From Azolla caroliniana (taxonomy: Eukaryota > Plantae > Polypodiophyta), in contig JBHGNT010000004.1 in NCBI GenBank assembly GCA_043228905.1, forward strand, positions 10,044,001-10,108,000: a stretch of 64,000 nucleotides of DNA. The letters run 5' to 3'. Within the stretch, counting starts at the first letter, position 1. Every line of letters begins with the position of its first letter. The notes beneath the pieces are model-generated. The model had not been told where the DNA came from. It saw only the letters and a program-made list of their open reading frames with translations, and made no database searches. Of the stretch, positions 1 to 13,263 are shown piece after piece. Position numbers and translations under genes: made by a program.

Positions 1-1107
1 ACTTCGGCGGCTGTGCCCGTGCACCAACGTGAGACCGGAGAGACGGAATGTGTCGGTGGAAAAGTGGAGGACCGGAAGGGCAACGAGGAAGACAAAGTAA
101 ATGAGCACGAACGAAGGGATTCCTTCACCATTGTTTCGGAGACTTCGGTACTGGAGCCCGGGTGTCGACATAACACCGAAGATAAGGAAAGTGGCAGCAA
201 CGAAACGAAGGTCGAAGCCGATGCATACGAAGGAGAGATAGCCAAGGAGAACATGGCTATGGGTGAAACAATGGAAGATGATAATACCGAGGATTCCTAC
301 CCACTAATTCTAGAGACTTCGGCAGTTGTGTCCGAGAACCAACGTGAGACCGGAGAGACGGGAGGTGGCAGCAAGAAAGGTAATATCGGAAGCCGGTTTG
401 GATGGAAGGTGATCCGGACGGGATTTCGATCCGAAAGAAAGCCGAACCGGGTAAAAGAGGATTCGACCAAAAGTCGACCCGAAAGAAAGCTGAACCGAAA
501 GGAAGAGAATTCGGCCGAAAGACGACACAAACGAAAGCCGAACCGGGCGAATGAGGATTCGGCCGAAAGACGACCCGAAAGAAAGCCGACCCGAAAAGGG
601 GTCGACTCGGTCAAAACCGATCGACTGAGTCTGACTTGGCCGAACGCGAATATGGATGGAAGCCGACCTAGCCGAAAGCCGATCGGACGAAACCGATCCG
701 AAAAGAAGCTAATCCGACTCAACCGGAGGTTGGACCGGTCGAGGCTGGTGAAAACGAGAAAAAGAAAGCCAACCGAAACCGAAACCGATAGATCGAAACC
801 GGGGCGGAAGGAGACCGACTCAATCAAAACCGAACAACCGATTCCGATTCGGCCGAATACGAATCCGATCGGAAGCCGATCAAACCGAAAGTTGATCGGA
901 CGAGAGCGATCCGGAAAAAAGTCAAGGTTGATGAAGACAAGAAAGAGGCCAGTAAAAGACACTACCACGAATGACAAGGGCCAAGAATATGACGAGAGAG
1001 AACAAAGAATATGGTGGATCGGATGGCGACAATGGTTCGGGTGGAAAGAATGGGTCTACTCAAAATGGAGAGACAAAGTTGACATAGCGGGACAAAACGG
1101 AGGATGA
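1..1107 (+). CDS. C-terminal part of Gag-derived protein with acidic region, Arg/Lys/Pro-rich repeats and Trp-rich tail (5'-partial)
   Basis: Frame open from base 1; almost identical to the C-terminal part of ORF 22432-24090. Confidence 0.75.
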   Translation, partial: TSAAVPVHQRETGETECVGGKVEDRKGNEEDKVNEHERRDSFTIVSETSVLEPGCRHNTEDKESGSNETKVEADAYEGEIAKENMAMGETMEDDNTEDSYPLILETSAVVSENQRETGETGGGSKKGNIGSRFGWKVIRTGFRSERKPNRVKEDSTKSRPERKLNRKEENSAERRHKRKPNRANEDSAERRPERKPTRKGVDSVKTDRLSLTWPNANMDGSRPSRKPIGRNRSEKKLIRLNRRLDRSRLVKTRKRKPTETETDRSKPGRKETDSIKTEQPIPIRPNTNPIGSRSNRKLIGRERSGKKSRLMKTRKRPVKDTTTNDKGQEYDEREQRIWWIGWRQWFGWKEWVYSKWRDKVDIAGQNGG

Positions 1108-1174
1108 AGGGGAGACAACGAGCATCGGCAACTTCGGCACATACCGGAGGATGTGCGGGTTCGGAGGGGGCGAG

Positions 1175-2078
1175 TGTCGTAGTGTATTTCGTACACTACG
1201 TGAAAAAGTAAAAATAATATAACCGATTTAATTACATATAAATAAATAAAATAAGAATATTAAGATATTTATCACCAATAAATAAAATAAGAATATCAAG
1301 ATATTTATCACGTGCATAGGGCAAGATTCGAACCATGTACCTCCACGTAGCCAAACTTCAACTTTACCATTATGCTACCTTATCTTTAGTGTTCTATAAA
1401 TAGATTTAATAACTATAAGTGCTTTATTTGCGCCTACCTTTATTAAAAGGTAAATCATGTATTTTTAGAGTGCGTGAATATTTTATAGAAAAACGCAAGC
1501 GACTAAAAAGTGACTCATGCACATCTAGCGTGCATGAGCACTATATTTAGCAAATAAAAGCAAGGATTAGAAAAGCATCACATGCACATTTAGTGTGCAT
1601 GAACATATTAGAAAAAAAGCATGTAGCTATGCTTAGTCTCTCCCATCACTACATAAGGATGGGGAGCACAATGTAATAGGTGTGTGAAAAATATTTGGGA
1701 AATTGGATATATTTCCTAAAACACCAACAATCAATAAAATATACTCGTGGGATTCACGAAGTTTAAGATAATCTATCTCTTTCAATCTAAATTCATATTC
1801 TTACATAAATATTGATTAATGTAATACTTGTGGGATTCACAAGGTTTGATCTCTTTTCTCAATCTACTCTAATCTATTCTAAATTATTTCAATTTATTAC
1901 TACGATTTAGATAAACTAAAACAATTATACTTGTGGGATTCACAAGTTTCTATATCTCTTTCTTATAATCTATTCATATTCATAACTAGATTAGCCTCAA
2001 ATTCTTCCTCCTCCTAGTCCAAAACCTCGGTGGTTCCCACCCGACTCACGCAACGATCCGGAGCCGAAAGGCACGACA
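1175..2078 (+). repeat. LTR (904 bp) of the Gag-only element
   Basis: TGTCGT/ACGACA termini, preceded by PPT; homologous to 19067, 21811 and 24158 LTRs. Confidence 0.92.
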
Positions 2079-2157
2079 ACGTCAAATCACAAGCTTCAAG
2101 AGAGTTGTCGCCAACAACATCCAAAGGCGCGTCATCGAGCTTCAAGTAGGGAAGACA

Positions 2158-4068
2158 ATGTGGTTGGAGTTCGAGAAAGCGATATTAGCGGAGTTCGCGA
2201 TGGAAGATTTGTCAAGGATGACTCAACATGCCTTGATGAAGTGGATAGAAAAGAAGAATAAGAAGATGAGCGCTTTGAGGGTGTACGACGAATTCGACCA
2301 AATGTTTCGTCATCTCCCCAACACGGACCAAGTGCTGCTTGAAGAGGACAAGACTTTGTACTTCTTGAAAGCTGTGGACATGAAGGATAGAAGAGAATTG
2401 GGGACTCTTCTCGAAGTCGATACCCAAGCAAATGGGCTTGTAGCGGACTGGATCGCGGTGAAGCGGGCGTGCAATAGGCTCGACAAGCGTCGCCAATGGG
2501 TTGATGACACCGACTTGACGGGATCGACTGTCACGGAGAAAGCAAGACCGCCGAAAGTAGTTGAGCCGCCAAAACAAAGTGACGTGGAAGAAAAGAAGAT
2601 TGGTGATGACATCATCGAAGAACTGGCGAAGAAGTTCGAGATGGTCACGCTAGCCAACAGGAATCGTCGGGGCCCCAAAGGAAAAGAACCCTTTAGATGC
2701 ATGTGGTGCGATGGCATGGACCACATGAGAAGGGATTGCGCGAGCCTTCGAGAGGCGATCCGACAAAATATCGTATACATAGATGACAACATGATCTGCT
2801 CGACTGAAACTCGAAGACCCCTGCAGGTGAATTTCGGAAGAGGAAGAATGAAGAAATCTATAGAAGATGTTGAGGCGACTCATGTGGATGCGATGCACTA
2901 TGCTACAACGGTCGGAATAAGAGTCGGGAAAGACAGAAATGAAGCTGCGAAAGTGGGAGAAAAGTTTTGGTCTTCCGTTCTCGAGTATGAGAAGATGGGA
3001 AAGGTCACATCGAACGAGGTAGAGCTTACAGACCGAAGCATGCAAAGCATAACCGGGTGGTCGGATCCGGTGGATGACACCACCATACTCGCGGAAGTGA
3101 TATGCGACAACCATGACGTGTTTGTCGAAGAAAAGAGAAAAAGAATAGAAGAGCAAGGCCCATCAAAAAGACATGAAACAAGGAACACGAAAAAGAAAGA
3201 AGATGCAAAAACGAGTCAATCTTTGCAAATGGAGGAAGGAGATGCTAGCCGAAAAGCGGAGTCAAGCAAACGAGTCGAAGAAACGGTTCGGCCCATGAAG
3301 ATTGGTGTCGAAGACCCCGCTCGAAAGACAAGGACTATGCCTACCTATAAGCTAAGGTCGGACATAGAGCAGACGACAGACCTAAAGAAGATTCTCGAGG
3401 AACACGTTCTTGACAACCACGTGACCTTGTCCTTGAGGGAATTACTCAGCATTATGAAGGAGTTCCACGACACGATCGTGGACCTTGTTAAGTGGAGAAG
3501 GCAACAATCGAACGAAGACGAAGAGAAGCCACTAAAAGCGAAAGCAAATGCCATAACGATGGCAAGAGACGAAGTCGATGAAGAAATGGTCGACAACCAC
3601 TATACCCGACCTCATTGGGCACGAGCGACAACGGAGAAGCCGGTGAAGATCGGGGAGAAGAAAGAGACAATGGTAGCCTTGATCGACCACGGCTCGGAGA
3701 TAAACCTCATGTCAACCGACTTCTACAAAAAATGAAGATGGCCAATCAATACAAATCACAGATGGAAGATTCGCCCGACAACAAAGACTACGGAGGACTT
3801 GTACAGAGCTTGTCCCAATGTTAAAGTCGCGATTGGGGATGTGGAGATGGATCAACACTTCTTCGTGCAAGAATCGGCGTCGCATCCTGTCATCCTAGGA
3901 CAACCGTATATTACATCATCTCGGATGGAAATCAAAGTGTTCGACAATGGTGCAGCATTTGCTCGAATAAAGAGTCTTGACAACCAAAGATCTGTTCAAT
4001 TCCTAATAATGCGAGCTAATCATGAAAGAAATCGAGATAGTCTTGGAGGTGAATCCTCGGATTTTTAG
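2158..4068 (+). pseudogene. gag-protease ORF, disrupted
   Basis: ORFs 2158-3735 and 3799-4068 carry the zinc knuckle and both halves of the aspartic protease (DHGS; VILGQP). Confidence 0.85.
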
Positions 4069-4121
4069 AGCGGACTATTGAAACATGGGGCACAAATAGT
4101 CTGAGCGATCACAAGTCCCCA
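4059..4121 (+). promoter_or_regulatory. Putative -1 ribosomal frameshift signal (G_GAT_TTT plus stem/pseudoknot)
   Basis: In-frame G GAT TTT immediately before the TAG at 4066-4068. 9-bp stem 4071-4079/4095-4103; loop TGGGG (4086-4090) complementary to CCCCA (4117-4121). The -1 frame is open to about 4313. Confidence 0.65.
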
Positions 4122-4293
4122 CAAGAAAGAGGAGAGCGTGGATTGCGAGGAGAAGCAACATGTGTCACACCTAGTGGCACATGTAAACTAGTACTACCCG
4201 ACAAGAAGGACAAGCGTCGAATACAAGAATTCGAGAAGATGCTGAAAGAAGAAAACATAATAGAAGAAGAAGAGTTTGTGACTCATACATATT

Positions 4294-7200
4294 ATGGAAG
4301 AAGCCTCATTTAACGACACCATCGGCGAAATCGAGGACGTCGTGGACTTGAGCTATCTTGACCACCAATGCATGATTTCGGTTAAATCTGTCAACATGTA
4401 CGCTATCATCGATGAATACTATCGTGACATCTTGATGGACGAAACCGAAGTCAACACAAAATATAAAACGGTGGATAAGAAGATCAAGCCAGTTGCGGTT
4501 CCGTTACCGGAAGATAGCTGGCAAAAGATGAAGGAAGTTGCTAATGATCCAAGTTTAAGAGATCCGAAGACAATAGGTCATATCTTCACTGAAGAGACGA
4601 AGGGAAAGTTACGAGTTGGAAGGGAGGATTTCCTCCTCCCTGAAGAGGAGCGAAAGTTTCTTGAAATGATTGAAAGGCATGGGAAAGCCTTCGTGTTCTC
4701 TCCCCAGGAAATCGGATGTGCTGACCCAAAGATTATAGAGCCGATGGTGATCTTCACAGTGCCGCATGTGCCTTGGAATTTGAAACCGATACCAGTTCCA
4801 AGAGTGCACCTTCCGAAGCTGATCAAGCTCTTAAAGGAGAAAGTGAATATGGGTATTCTAGAACCGTCGAATGCTCCTTAATCTAATAGGTGGTTCACGG
4901 TGTCGAAGAAGAATGGATCATTGCGATTCATCCAAGATCTTCAACCCGTCAACAAGGTGACAATTCGGAATGCTGGAATCGGTTTGAGCGTGGACGAATT
5001 TGCTGAAGCGTTTGCGGGGTGGTCCATCTACTCCATTGGCGATCTCTACGACTAATTCCAATTGGCGATCGACAATCGTGACATTACAACCATGAGGACT
5101 CCGATCGGGCTTGTGCAGATGTGTACCTTACCTCAAGGTGCAACGAACTCGGTGGCTGATATGGTGAATACCATGAACAAGGTCTTGAAGGATTGCATCC
5201 CGGATATCACAATGCCATTCTTGGATGATATTCCGATAAAAGGATGTTTGGATGAGGAGAAAGATGAATCGAAAGATAAGGAAGGGTGTAGAAAGTTTGT
5301 CGTGGATCATATGAAAGATTGCAAAAAGGTGCTTCAAAGGCTCGAAGATGCGAATTTGACATTTTCGGGAGGAAAATCCACTTTCGGGCAACTAGAGATC
5401 TTGGTGGAAGGTCACTTGTGTGGGGCATATGGCCGGAAGCCTTCGCCATCCAAGGTGAACGTGATCCAAGATATGCAAGAAGAATGCGTAAACCAAACGG
5501 AGGTTCGAAGGTTCCTTGGAGCATGCGCATTTTACCATATTTGGATTCCGCACTACGCCCATGTCGCCGAGCCTTTATATGGGTTGCTAAAGAAAAGAAT
5601 GAAGTTCGAATGGCGAGACGAGCACACGAACGCGATGCGAAGATTGAAGAAACTACTTCTTGAAGCTCCAACACTAAGAAAATCCGACTATACCGAAGGA
5701 AAGCCGATTTATATGACTGTCGATATGAGCCCAACTGGAATCGGGTGGGTCATCAACCAAGAAGGAGAAGATAATGTGCGGTATGCCATCCGGTTCAGAG
5801 CAAAGGTTCTCAGCGAACGACAACAAAGATACGCCCAAGTCAAGCGAGAACTTTGGGGTATTGTGTCGGCAGTGAAGACGGACAAAGACGACCTGATCGG
5901 ATCGGAAGTAATAATTGAGACAGATTGTCTCCCAATCCTCGGAATGATCTCAGGATGTGCAACACCAGATCTAGCTATGCTAAGGTGGATCGCCTATATC
6001 AAGTCTTCAAACCCAGAGATCCGCCATATTGCAAGGAAGAAGAACGCCATGGCTGACATGCTGTCGAGGGCAAGATTTGAGAATGAAGGTGACATGGTTT
6101 CGGAAGATTAAGACGTCACCCTCGACTTCTTCAAGATGGCTCCACTATCGGCGGAAGACAAGGGCACGCTAACCCTCCACGCCTTCAACGAGGACGAGTA
6201 CGAAGGGGAGTGATTACTTATCGATAGATTCCTAAGAACGATGACGGCGGATGCTTCGTTGATGAAGGAGGAGGCCCTACAAATCCGGAAGAAAGCCTAC
6301 CAATACTTCTTGAAGGGAGGATTCCTTTGGCGACACCCAAAAAGAAGGACAGGAATACCACGTTGAATGGTGGTGAAGAAAGAAGAGCAAGTGACACTAA
6401 TGACCGAATTCCACGAGAGTGCCTGGGCAGGTCATAGAGGAACATGGGTGACGTTCAAGAAGTTGAAGGAGAAGTACTGGTGGCCAAGCATGTACAAAGA
6501 TGTACTCCATTTCGTGACCACATGCGAAACATGCCAAGTACATTCGAATATCCATCATCGTGATGAGCTACGACCGACATACCCGCTCACCATATACTTC
6601 AAATGGTTGGTGGATCTGGTCTCAATGCCAATGGGAGTGGGACAAATGAAGTACTTAGCTCTGGCAAGAGAAGACTTGACAAATCAAGTGGAAGGACGAG
6701 CCTTGACAAATAAAACGACGTTGGCTGTTTGCAAATTTCTACTCGAAGAGGTTGTCTGTCGATACGGATGTGTGGGAAAGATAGTTGCCGACCGAGGGGA
6801 GTTGGATGCACACGAAGCAACGGAGCTCTTCGAACGACTAGGTGTGAAGCTCTCCCTTACGACTGCCTACAATCCAGAAGCGAATGGGAAGATCGAGCGA
6901 GGGCATGGACCTATCGTCAAAGCCATCGTACGAGCATGCAACGGTCGAGTAGGGAATTGTCCATGACTATTACCCTATGCCTTGTGGGCTGTAGAACGAC
7001 ACACAGCTCGGTGACGGGGTATATGCCAACGGAGCTTATGTATGGACAAAAGCCAGTAATGCCCATCGAAAGGACGATTGCCTCATGGGTAGCGATACCA
7101 TGGGAGAACGAGATGAGCCGAGAAGAGTTATTAGCAGCACGAATAAGGAAACTTGAAAGGAGACCTGAAGATCTAGAAAAAGCGCGAAAGATGTTGGAGG

Positions 7201-7547
7201 CAACCCAAGTGAAGAACAAAATTCGGTTCGACAAGACGCATCGACTACGTCCCATGAAGATCGAAGAAGGAGATTGGGTATTGGTCTACGACAACAACCT
7301 TGACAACCAACACAGTACAACAAGGAAGTTTGCAAGAAGATGGTTCGAACCGTATATAGTGATAAGTGCCAACGACAATGCAACATACCACCTTGCGGAG
7401 CTAGATGGATCAAGGCTGGCCATACCCATTGCGGGGAAAAGAGTAAAAATTTTCAAGAAAAGACAAGACGAGGATCCTGACCTCGATCACCTCGACGATG
7501 AAGGTAATAGGGCAAATGTGAATGAAGATGTGGAAGAATCTGATTAA
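4294..7547 (+). pseudogene. pol (RT-RNaseH-integrase), disrupted
   Basis: ORF fragments 4294-4881, 5062-6111, 6367-6966 and 6729-7547 with colinear gypsy pol motifs. Confidence 0.9.
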
Positions 7548-7619
7548 TCACCGTCGCTGAAATCTTGCACTCTCTCTTCTTGGCACGTACCGGAGGACGT
7601 GTGGTCTGGTGGGGGTGGA

Positions 7620-8900
7620 TGTCTTGAAGATTTTCGGCAATAGTGTGAAACTTGTAAGGAACATACGAAATCGAGCGTGGTTCTTCTCACGAAATATAAA
7701 ACAATAATAGTAAAGATACTATCTTAAATAAGTTTAATATATTGATACAAAAAGATGGAGGTCTTGAAGAGCTTCTAAATGTGCTTTACTACGTAGGAAA
7801 CAGACATCTAAGTGTCAAGTTGTGTGGGTATGAAGTTTGCAAAGAAGAAGAGAAAAATATGTGATATCCCACATAGACAGGACAAATAAGGAACCCACCA
7901 TATATAATGAAGAGCAAAAGCTATTATCTTTGTGTTTATGTGTGGAGTATAGAAAAAGTTAAGTTGTATGACTTAACGAATAGATGAAGTTGAATGCATA
8001 TAACTATGTGTTTTGGACAAATCCGGCAACGGTGTCCGACGACGGTGACTAATAATAAAAAACATATATATATGTGTGTATATTCAAAAGGAGTGCAAGT
8101 GAAGACTTGATCCTTGCACCTCCACATTGAGAGTTTATAGAATTACCACTAGGCTATGTTATTTCTTTAGAATTGTTTTCCCTATCATTATAGTTTTACA
8201 TGTAAATTCTCATACTAGAGCTTAATTGAGTGAGATGTGATGCATGAGCGCCAAATGGCAAACATGCATCACATGCATTCCATGCATTGTATGCATGACT
8301 TGTACCCTCACATGCATCATGTGCATGGGTGTGTCTATAAGAGGATGGATGAAAAGGATAAAAGGGATGTTATGTTTTTTTTCAAGAATTTAAGAAGAAA
8401 AATTCGTTCTCTATTTGATTATATATCTTGTCTCTCAAATCTAAAGTTAAAAGTTCGATCTTATCTCTCTCACTCTCTATCTCTCGCCATATTAATCTTA
8501 TCTCAATCTCTCTCCCTCAATCCATCTTAAATCATTTCTCGCTAAACATGCATTGTATGCATGACTTGTACCCTCACATGCATCATGTGCATGGGTGTGT
8601 CTATAAGAGGATGGATGAAAAGGATAAAAGGGATGTTATGTTTTTTTTCAAGAATTTAAGAAGAAGAAAAATTCGTTCTCCATTTGATTATATATCTTGT
8701 CTCTCAAATCTAAAGTTAAAAGTTCGATCTTATCTCTCTCACTCTCTATCTCTCGCCATATTAATCTTATCTCAATCTCTCTCCCTCAATCCATCTTAAA
8801 TCATTTCTCACTAAAGCTAGTGTGTGCTTCGAGTCCTTCCGGTCTAGAACCTCGGCGGTTCCGCCTCACGATCCACACATAGTGTCGGATCTTCACAACA
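7620..8900 (+). repeat. 3' LTR of the gypsy element, with internal ~267-bp tandem duplication (8281-8546 / 8547-8815)
   Basis: Starts TGTCTTGAAG after the PPT and ends CTTCACAACA; shares AACCTCGGCGGTTCC with the U5 of a Gag-only LTR. Confidence 0.85.
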
Positions 8901-9198
8901 ACGGTACCAATTGAGAGTGAGAGAGAGAGCGTGTGTCTGTGTTGTAACTCTACCGTTGTATGTTAGAGGAAGACGAGTTCAAGGTCGTTGCCTCAAAGTC
9001 TCCTTGTATTCCTCTCTTCATATGGTGGTTTGTTTCTTGGGGTTTGTGGACCCCATGGTTTTTCCCTTTCAGATTTTCCACATAAATATTTGTGTCTCTG
9101 TACTTTTTGTTTTCTGTTTGTCTGGGCACTAGCGTTCTCGATCTTTGCACCCACATACGGACAAGTGTTAACCGGTTGTGGCCGGTCGATTCTCAACA
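8901..9198 (+). repeat. 3' portion of a Copia-type LTR interrupted by the gypsy element
   Basis: Ends TCTCAACA; contains GGTTTTTCCC...TTTTCCAC.TAAAT, resembling the U5 of the 13514 Copia LTR. Confidence 0.55.
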
Positions 9199-11253
9199 CT
9201 ACGTGCCACCTAGAGATCTTTCGGGCATCGGCTCACAAATGTCACTATGGATCGGTTCTAGTGGCATTCGTACCGTCTCATACTGTGTGGAGTGAGGAAT
9301 TTGGGTTTATTTCCCATATTGGCAATGCTCGCAGAAGTCAAACTCGACATGATTGAGCTTTGAGATGTAGCTGAGTACCAAAAGCCTTTCGAGCCCAGTT
9401 TGTGACACATGGCCGAGTCGACCATGCCACAATGATGGAGTCAGCAATTCGGCTCCATTTAGTGATCCCTCCCGACTGATCATAGTGAGTTGATAAAGGT
9501 TGTTGTACCTGACGCCATGGTTGATATGAAGGTTTCCTTTTGCAATTTTCCATGACGACTCACTAAGTGTCGTCTTGTACCCGTCTTCAACTTACATGTT
9601 GATGGAGATAAGGCTCCTTTTTAGTTCGGGTACGTGTCGGACTTGGTGCAAGGTAATCACATTTCCATTCGGCAATCGAATGGGTATTTCGTATATTCCA
9701 ACAATTCAACACTCTTGCCCATTGTCGAGTCAGACAAAGCCGGCACCGGTTAATTAGTCCGAAAACCATTCTTTTTGGGGGGTAACAGAAACCGTGGTGC
9801 CCAAATTGAGCTGCCACATTTGTGCATCTTGTGCACTGAACAAAATCTCTCTAGTCGACAAGCCTTCTAGTGAAAGGACTTCTCCTAACTGGGATTCAGC
9901 AATGTGTATTTGGTTGCCAATCGAAAGGTAATTTGAGTCGAAAGAGCTTGTATTCCGTGTTGAGAATCAAGCTCAACCTAGTGCAACGTGTGAACACACC
10001 CTTTGAAAATCTATGATCACTCAAAGGTCAAGGGTCACACCACTACTCTCTACACATTAACTATGTGTCATAGAATCATATTCTATGACACATAACTAAT
10101 AAGTTCCATATTCCCCATGACTATGAGTCTTCACATTCCCCAAGAGAGTGTAGTTGTTGTAGTGGATTAATGAAGAGAGTGGGTTAATGAGTGTCAGTTG
10201 TGACTCCTTGTAATCCTACATTTTGTAATTGGTATTCTCCTTATGAATATACACCTTCTTCTTGAGCACTTCATTTCCTCTTTTATCTATCTTGTGTTTT
10301 CTCTTCTCTCCTCTCTTTTCTCTCACACACATACACACACATCTCTTCCGCTGCACAAGAATCATATATGATTCTTTACATGGTATCAAACTTGTTTGGT
10401 AGCTTGATCTAGCCCATCCGCGTGTGTTGTGTTCTACGCCGACATTCAAGAAGAATTGGCTCATCGCTATTGTAGTGCGACTACATAGCTCGTGTTCGAG
10501 AGAGAAGGAAAAGAAGAAAGAAAGCTCCATCGACAATGAATACTCAAATGGGGAGCGCTCTCCCTAGTGAGAAGTTGGATTGAAACAACTTTGCATCTTG
10601 GGAGTACAAGATGCACCAATACCTTGTCGGTCAAGGATATTGGAGCTACATCAAAGGAGCATAAGAAAATCAACCCGACCTGAAAGACGCCACTACTCAA
10701 CATGGGAGCAAGTGGCCTCGAAAGGCCACATGCTCTACACATATTCGAACGGAGGAAGAGGACATGGCCGAGCAAGAGGCGGATTCGGCCAAGGATGAGT
10801 CGGACGAGGTCTGACTTACGAAAACAACTTGCAATTTCAGCAACAAGGCGGAAGCCATCGAGAAACCTTTAGAAGAAGGGGGAGCTTCCATTCCGGTCCG
10901 AGCCAACAAACCTCAATCGAATGTAGATATTGCGGCAAAATCGGCCACCACGAAGAAGAGTGCAAAAAGAAGAAACGCAAGTCGGCTTCCACAAGCCGAC
11001 AACTCATGAATTACGTCACCAACTCCGACTATGACGATCGTGGCAGAATGTTCGTGATGTGACATAGAGCAAATTCTATGTCGGTTTCTACTTCGAATAG
11101 TGCCTCTAGTTCGAAAGATGTATGGTTCGTCGACTCTGGTACCTCGAACCATATGACGTCTCATCAAGAATAGTTCCAAGAACTTCGAGAGTTGGATCAA
11201 CTTGGCTATGTCGAAACAGGAGACGACACTACTCATCTTATTCAACACATCAG

Positions 11254-12614
11254 TGTCGCGAAAAAATGACGAGGATACTTGAACTTGAGGCAGGACCCCG
11301 GGGCCTCCGACTAGAGGATATCACATTCGTGTGTTTATACTTTAAGAATTAACGAAAATGAGAAAATTTAATAAAGTTTATTAGTAAAGGAAAAGAAAAT
11401 TTACAATCTATCCCAGATTAATAGATAAGAAAAATTAGGGTTTTTGGTTTCGATAAGAAAATTAGGTTTCAAATTGATGAGATATGGCTTTCATAAGAAA
11501 AAAATAGGGCTATTTGAGAGATATGGTTTCCGTAAGGAATATTATGGTTATATGTGAGAGATATGGCTTCCGTAAGGAAATTATTAGGGTTCCAGTTTTT
11601 GAGAGATACGTTCCGTAAGGAAAATTAGGGTTTATGTGAGCGATAGCTTCCGTAAAGAAAATTAGGGTTTATCGCTTCGATAAAAGATTAGGGTTTCATA
11701 AGATAATTAGGATTTATGAGTGATATCGCTTCCGTAAGGAAAATTAGGGTTTATGAGTGTTATCGCTTCATGAGATAATGGAACCGAGAAGAAAAAAATA
11801 AAAATGGAGAGCCCCCCCTTTTAGTTGCATGGCCTCCACTTTTAGTTGCTTGGGCTTTATTTTTAGTTGCATGGCCTCTTTTTTTAGTTGTTTTGCCTTT
11901 ACTTTTAGTTGCATGGCCTCTTTTTTTAGTTGCTTCGCCTTCACTTTTACTTTACTTTTCTTTACTTTAATTCGCCCCATGATCCTATCATCCGTTCATC
12001 TCGACCGTCGCCCATTCGATCCGTCTGATCCGCATTCGGTTTCCGTTCCGTTGTCGTCCGGTTGCCGGTTACCGGCTCCGTCCAATAGGTTGCCGGTTGC
12101 CATTTCCGTCGCCATCCGATTTCTGGTTACTGTCTCCATCCGGTTTCCAATTCCCAACTATGTTGCCGATTTTATCCTGTTGCCGGCTCCATCCAGTTTC
12201 TGGTTCCCAACTTTGTTGCTGGTTCTATCCGGTTGCCAACTCCATCCGATTTCCGGTTGCCGGCTCCATTCGGACGCCGGTTCTTTCGCCACATTTGTCC
12301 ATGTAGACAAATTGGTCCAAATCCAACCATTCCTTTTGTGCTCTCAACACATAGATAAAAACTAATGGTTCTCAATCTGTTTATATCGATAGATCCTAAA
12401 GTTTCCTATCTATGTGGGATATTTCACAATTCTATTTTCCTTATCTTCTTAAACTTTATATTCACATATCTTAATACTTATTTATTCGTTTCATGTGTAG
12501 TAAAAGGCGTTATGAAGATCTTGAAGACATCTATCTTTCCATATCAAACCATTAAGCTAATCTTCAATAATTATTTTACTAGTTTTCATATTGTATGTGA
12601 AAAACCACACGACA
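11254..12614 (-). mobile_element. Solo LTR of the Trp-primed gypsy group
   Basis: TGTCGCG...CACGACA termini; flanks TCAG/TCGG (4-bp TSD, one CpG transition); host copia sequence rejoins on removal; internal minisatellites. Confidence 0.8.
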
Positions 12615-12890
12615 TCGGCAGTGTTCCATTCGGAAAAGAAGGTAACCAAACTTACATTAAGAATGTCTTGCATGTACCAACCATTACGACGAATTTGGTC
12701 TTTGTCAGCCAAATTGTTGAGCAAGGGATGCAAGTTCAATTTAATCAAGGCGGTTGCTTCATCGAGAAAGAGGGTCAACTCATCGCTCGTGGACGAAGAG
12801 AGGGCCGAATGTTCATTCTCGACTCGCACGAGATGAAATTGGCCATGTTTGCAAAAGGCACCAAAGCCGACATCGACATTGGGTTGTGGC

Positions 12891-13263
12891 TAACAATCGA
12901 CAACGGTTCGGTTCAGTTCGAGACAATCCAAACCATTAAATTTTTTTGAAACCTGAACCAAACCGAACCGAAGCACGAAACGATTGAACCGAACCGTTAA
13001 ACCATTAAACCGTAAAAACTGCGGTTTCGTGGTTCGGTTTCAGTTTTCAACATAGGTCAAAATTTTAATTTTTTAAAATTTATAATATTTCATTTTTAAA
13101 ATTTTTTAAAATTTTTAAGATGTTCCTAAAATGGGAGAATAAGGTCTAAAAATGAAAAGATTGTTTAAAAACATTTTTTAGATTTTTTATAATTTTTTAT
13201 AATTTTTTTAAAATTAAAAAAAAAACCATTAAACCATTTAAACTGAACCATTGCCGATTGTTA
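12891..13263. mobile_element. hAT-type MITE
   Basis: TIRs TAACAATCG(A/G)CAA(C/T)GGTTC; 8-bp TSD GTTGTGGC (12883-12890 / 13264-13271); AACCG subterminal repeats; AT-rich core. Confidence 0.9.

Larger units (their letters stand above)
1..2078 (+). mobile_element. 3' part of a non-autonomous Gag-only LTR retroelement (same family as 19067-24980), 5' end outside the window
   Basis: ORF tail, PPT GGAGGGGGCGAG (1163-1174), LTR 1175-2078 bounded by TGTCGT...ACGACA. Bases 1-~1727 are nearly identical to 22984-~24708. Right flank ACGT runs into a gypsy gag. Confidence 0.9.
2079..8900 (+). mobile_element. Degenerate non-chromoviral Ty3/gypsy element (possibly Phygy-like), from mid-gag to 3' LTR
   Basis: Gag knuckle CMWCDGMDHMRRDC, protease ALIDHGSE, RT LPQG...FLDD, RNase H, integrase (HxxGH..CxxC, DRGE, NGKIER), no chromodomain. 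Several stops and frameshifts. PPT GGGGGTGGA at 7611-7619. Confidence 0.9.

Noticed and set aside
297-977. Antisense ORFs opposite the basic repeat domain (also 20979-21632 and 23280-23960)
   Set aside because: Explained by low-complexity composition that lacks antisense stops; alternative start codons and no recognisable domain.
1741-1950. Palindromic repeats with spacers as a mini-CRISPR
   Set aside because: Only 2-3 short repeats with irregular AT-rich spacers inside LTRs; reported as hairpins instead.
8237-8882. His/Met-rich duplicated ORFs
   Set aside because: Arise from ATGCAT-rich LTR sequence and its tandem duplication.
11768-12365. KAKQLKKEAMQL-repeat ORF and the opposite-strand 178-aa ORF
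   Set aside because: Translations of LTR minisatellites.
12365-12949. 194-aa ORF
   Set aside because: Chimera across solo LTR, copia fragment and MITE junctions.
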